A stretch of DNA of 64,000 nt from the human T2T-CHM13v2.0 reference genome, Homo sapiens. This document shows positions 61,786 through 64,000 of the stretch, one piece after another. The translations under genes and the position numbers were made by a program. The notes under the pieces were generated by a model. It searched no databases. It had not been told where the DNA came from and worked only from the letters and a program-made list of their open reading frames with translations. The stretch's first letter is position 1. Every line of letters begins with the position of its first letter. The stretch lies in the NCBI RefSeq assembly GCF_009914755.1, contig NC_060940.1. The stretch is one strand, 5' to 3'.

Positions 61786-62250
61786 CAATATTGGGAAGCC
61801 ACCATGTGCCAGGTCCTGTGAAGCTGCTAAGGTTATAGTGACAAGCCAAGACACACTAGGACCCCCCCTCTGTGGGTCTACAGTTTAGTGAGACAGAGAT
61901 TGAGCAGATACTCATACAAAAGTATATCTACAAATGAAGAAAAGTGCTTCACAAGGTAGATAATGGCTCTGAGAAAGATTTTTATAATAAAACCGGGCAT
62001 ACATGGTGGATATGTTTGGGGTTTTCCCAGGAGGAGGCTCATGAACTGAGCTCTCAAGGCCACAGGGCAAGGTCAGGCGAGAATAGAGCATTCTAGACAG
62101 AGGAAATAGCATGTGCAAAGGCCCTGTGGCCAGAGGAGTTTTAGGAACTGCTAAAAGATAGCCAGAGTAGCTGGAGTTCAGGGAGGAGGAGCATTCCAGT
62201 GAGGCCAGGCCGTGGTGAGGATGCTGGTCTTTAACCCTAAGCATTGAAGA
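61786..62250 (-). mobile_element. L2 3' region
   Basis: caccatgtgccaggtcctgtg...ctacagtttagtg; gcattctagacagaggaaatagcatgtgcaaaggccctgtgg. Confidence 0.75.
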
Positions 62251-64000
62251 CCTCAGTGCCACCATGAGGCAGAAACCTAGCTAGGCACTCATCATTTGGG
62301 GTTCTTTTTCCTAACGAGGTCTCCTAAATTGACCTAGGCTCATGTCCCACAAAACATGGATCTGGCCCCTTCCTGGCACATAGAAAGGACTCAATCCACA
62401 GTGGCTGACCAGCAAGGTAGAATGGACTCCATTTTACAGATGACAAGACTGAAGCTCAGGGGCCCATGAGAATGGGACTAAGGCTAGGGGAGGGCCCTGA
62501 TGGGTTTTCAAGGAGGTGATTGGATTTGCATTTTGTGAAGATTCCTCAGGTTTCTTTGAGGGGCCTCAGTTGGAGCAGGGGACAGAATCACAGGGGTACC
62601 AAGACGGGAAACAGTTGTTGACATGGACAAATCTTCCTTCAGGCTTCAGAAGAACCTCCCCACACCCAACATGTGGGTGGACATCCTTCAAGGCTCAGAA
62701 CACACATATGCCTGCAGTATCTCTGCATTTGCACAGTTGAGGGTGGGTTCCCCAATATAAGCCTACCAGGTTCTTGACAGAGGGAGGGTAAGTAGACATA
62801 TTTCTGTACGTGGGTGCAACGTTACCCTCACCTGCATCCCATATATGTAGGGATCTTCCACTTGCTTTCATATCTGCTGATGGCACAGGGTTGCAGCCCT
62901 GATTATGGCTCCCAGAAGCTGAGATTTGTGGTCTAAAACTGAGGGCAGAGGGGAATGAGAGAGTCATACTCCAAGTGAAATTTTCCTTTCTCATTATCTG
63001 TGAGCTGATAAAGACGCCAGCATGTCAAGTTCATTTGATGGACAAATTCAGACCATCATTTCATGGGGGGAGGCAGTCCAGTACCAGGACCATATTGGGG
63101 TCATGTTTATGGGGCCAGGTTCCATCACTGAGTGGAAAGCTCACAAAAGCAGTTGATGCCTGAGGGCTTCTTTGCACATCTCCAAGTTCAAGGTTCTGTC
63201 ATCCTTGTTTAACTCCCCAAATCAAGGTAGATGGGGTTTTTTTTTTTCTTCCCCAGCCAGCATCCGAAGACTGGATTCTATGGATGAGCATAGAAGTCCC
63301 TCTTTCTTCTCTGACTCCTTCATCTCCCATTTTCCTCCTGTAGAATTTCCTTGGACTTTTTTTTTTTTTTATCCTGATGCTGCCTTTCAGGGTCCCAGCT
63401 CTTTGACCTAGGTCAGTTCCCTCCACTTCTCTCAATGGGGCTGTGGAGGGAGTGTCAAATTCTGTAGGAACACTGAGAAAGAAGCCCAGCCTTTTTCTCG
63501 CTAAGAATGGCCACCTTTTTATAGGAATGATGCCCACCTGGTCTCAATTCTGTCTTAGACTCCCTCTAGGTTGGGAGGTGCGGATCAGGTGGTTGGGGGA
63601 TCCTGTCCTGTCACGTACAGCCTGAGCCTGACATTTTTTTTCCCTCTACAACTGAGACTGCAGACATTTTTAAACTAGAAGAAAACAAATTTGCACATGG
63701 ACTAAACAGAAACTTCATTTCCCCCTAGGTCTCTCCTGGGGACTACGCAGGAGGGCTCTGGGCCAGTGGGGAGAATCTTCAATGCAACTTTCATCTCTGG
63801 TTATCCTCCCTGAGTCCATGGGGATTTCATAAACATTATGTTGCTCAATTTCAGTTCACTGGCACAGAGTCGTTCCAATGTGTTCTAATTACTCAGACAT
63901 AAATGATTTCTGGTGCACTTTAAATGACTTCGGATGCACTTTTGTCTATCAGGCTCCTGATTTGTCACTCCCTGGGACTTTGATGTTGTGCTTCATTGAT

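Overview
Primate (human-like; AluJ/S/Y and L1PA present) non-coding genomic DNA, either a large intron or intergenic sequence. I can support no protein-coding gene, RNA gene, CpG island or CRISPR array. The ORF track is explained by Alu, L1, L2, LTR and simple-repeat sequence or by chance. The window is a layered record of mobile elements: about 29 Alu loci, L1PA/L1M fragments, many MIR/L2 remnants, nine LTRs (LTR1-, THE1-, LTR3-, MER57-, MLT1-, MER41A- and MER4A-type) and several DNA-transposon fossils (MADE1, MER20, MER5, MER33, MER113, Zaphod/MER115, MER102). Many are nested and have readable target-site duplications (TSDs). Family names come from recalled consensus sequences, not a database search; MIR, L2 and old-L1 boundaries are approximate. 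I found no demonstrable new biological system. The least ordinary structures are: (1) two inverted arrays of the same 47-bp minisatellite unit, probably MER102-derived, about 1.35 kb apart (53352-53512 and 54864-55287); (2) a roughly 300-bp, ~83% identical dispersed duplication that includes non-repeat sequence (13889-14191 vs 21447-21750); (3) a candidate 60-nt + strand exon (48315-48374); (4) an ERVK-type LTR3 inside an Alu, an Alu inside a MADE1 hairpin and an L1 inside MER41A; (5) a 24-bp minisatellite grown from an L2 motif.
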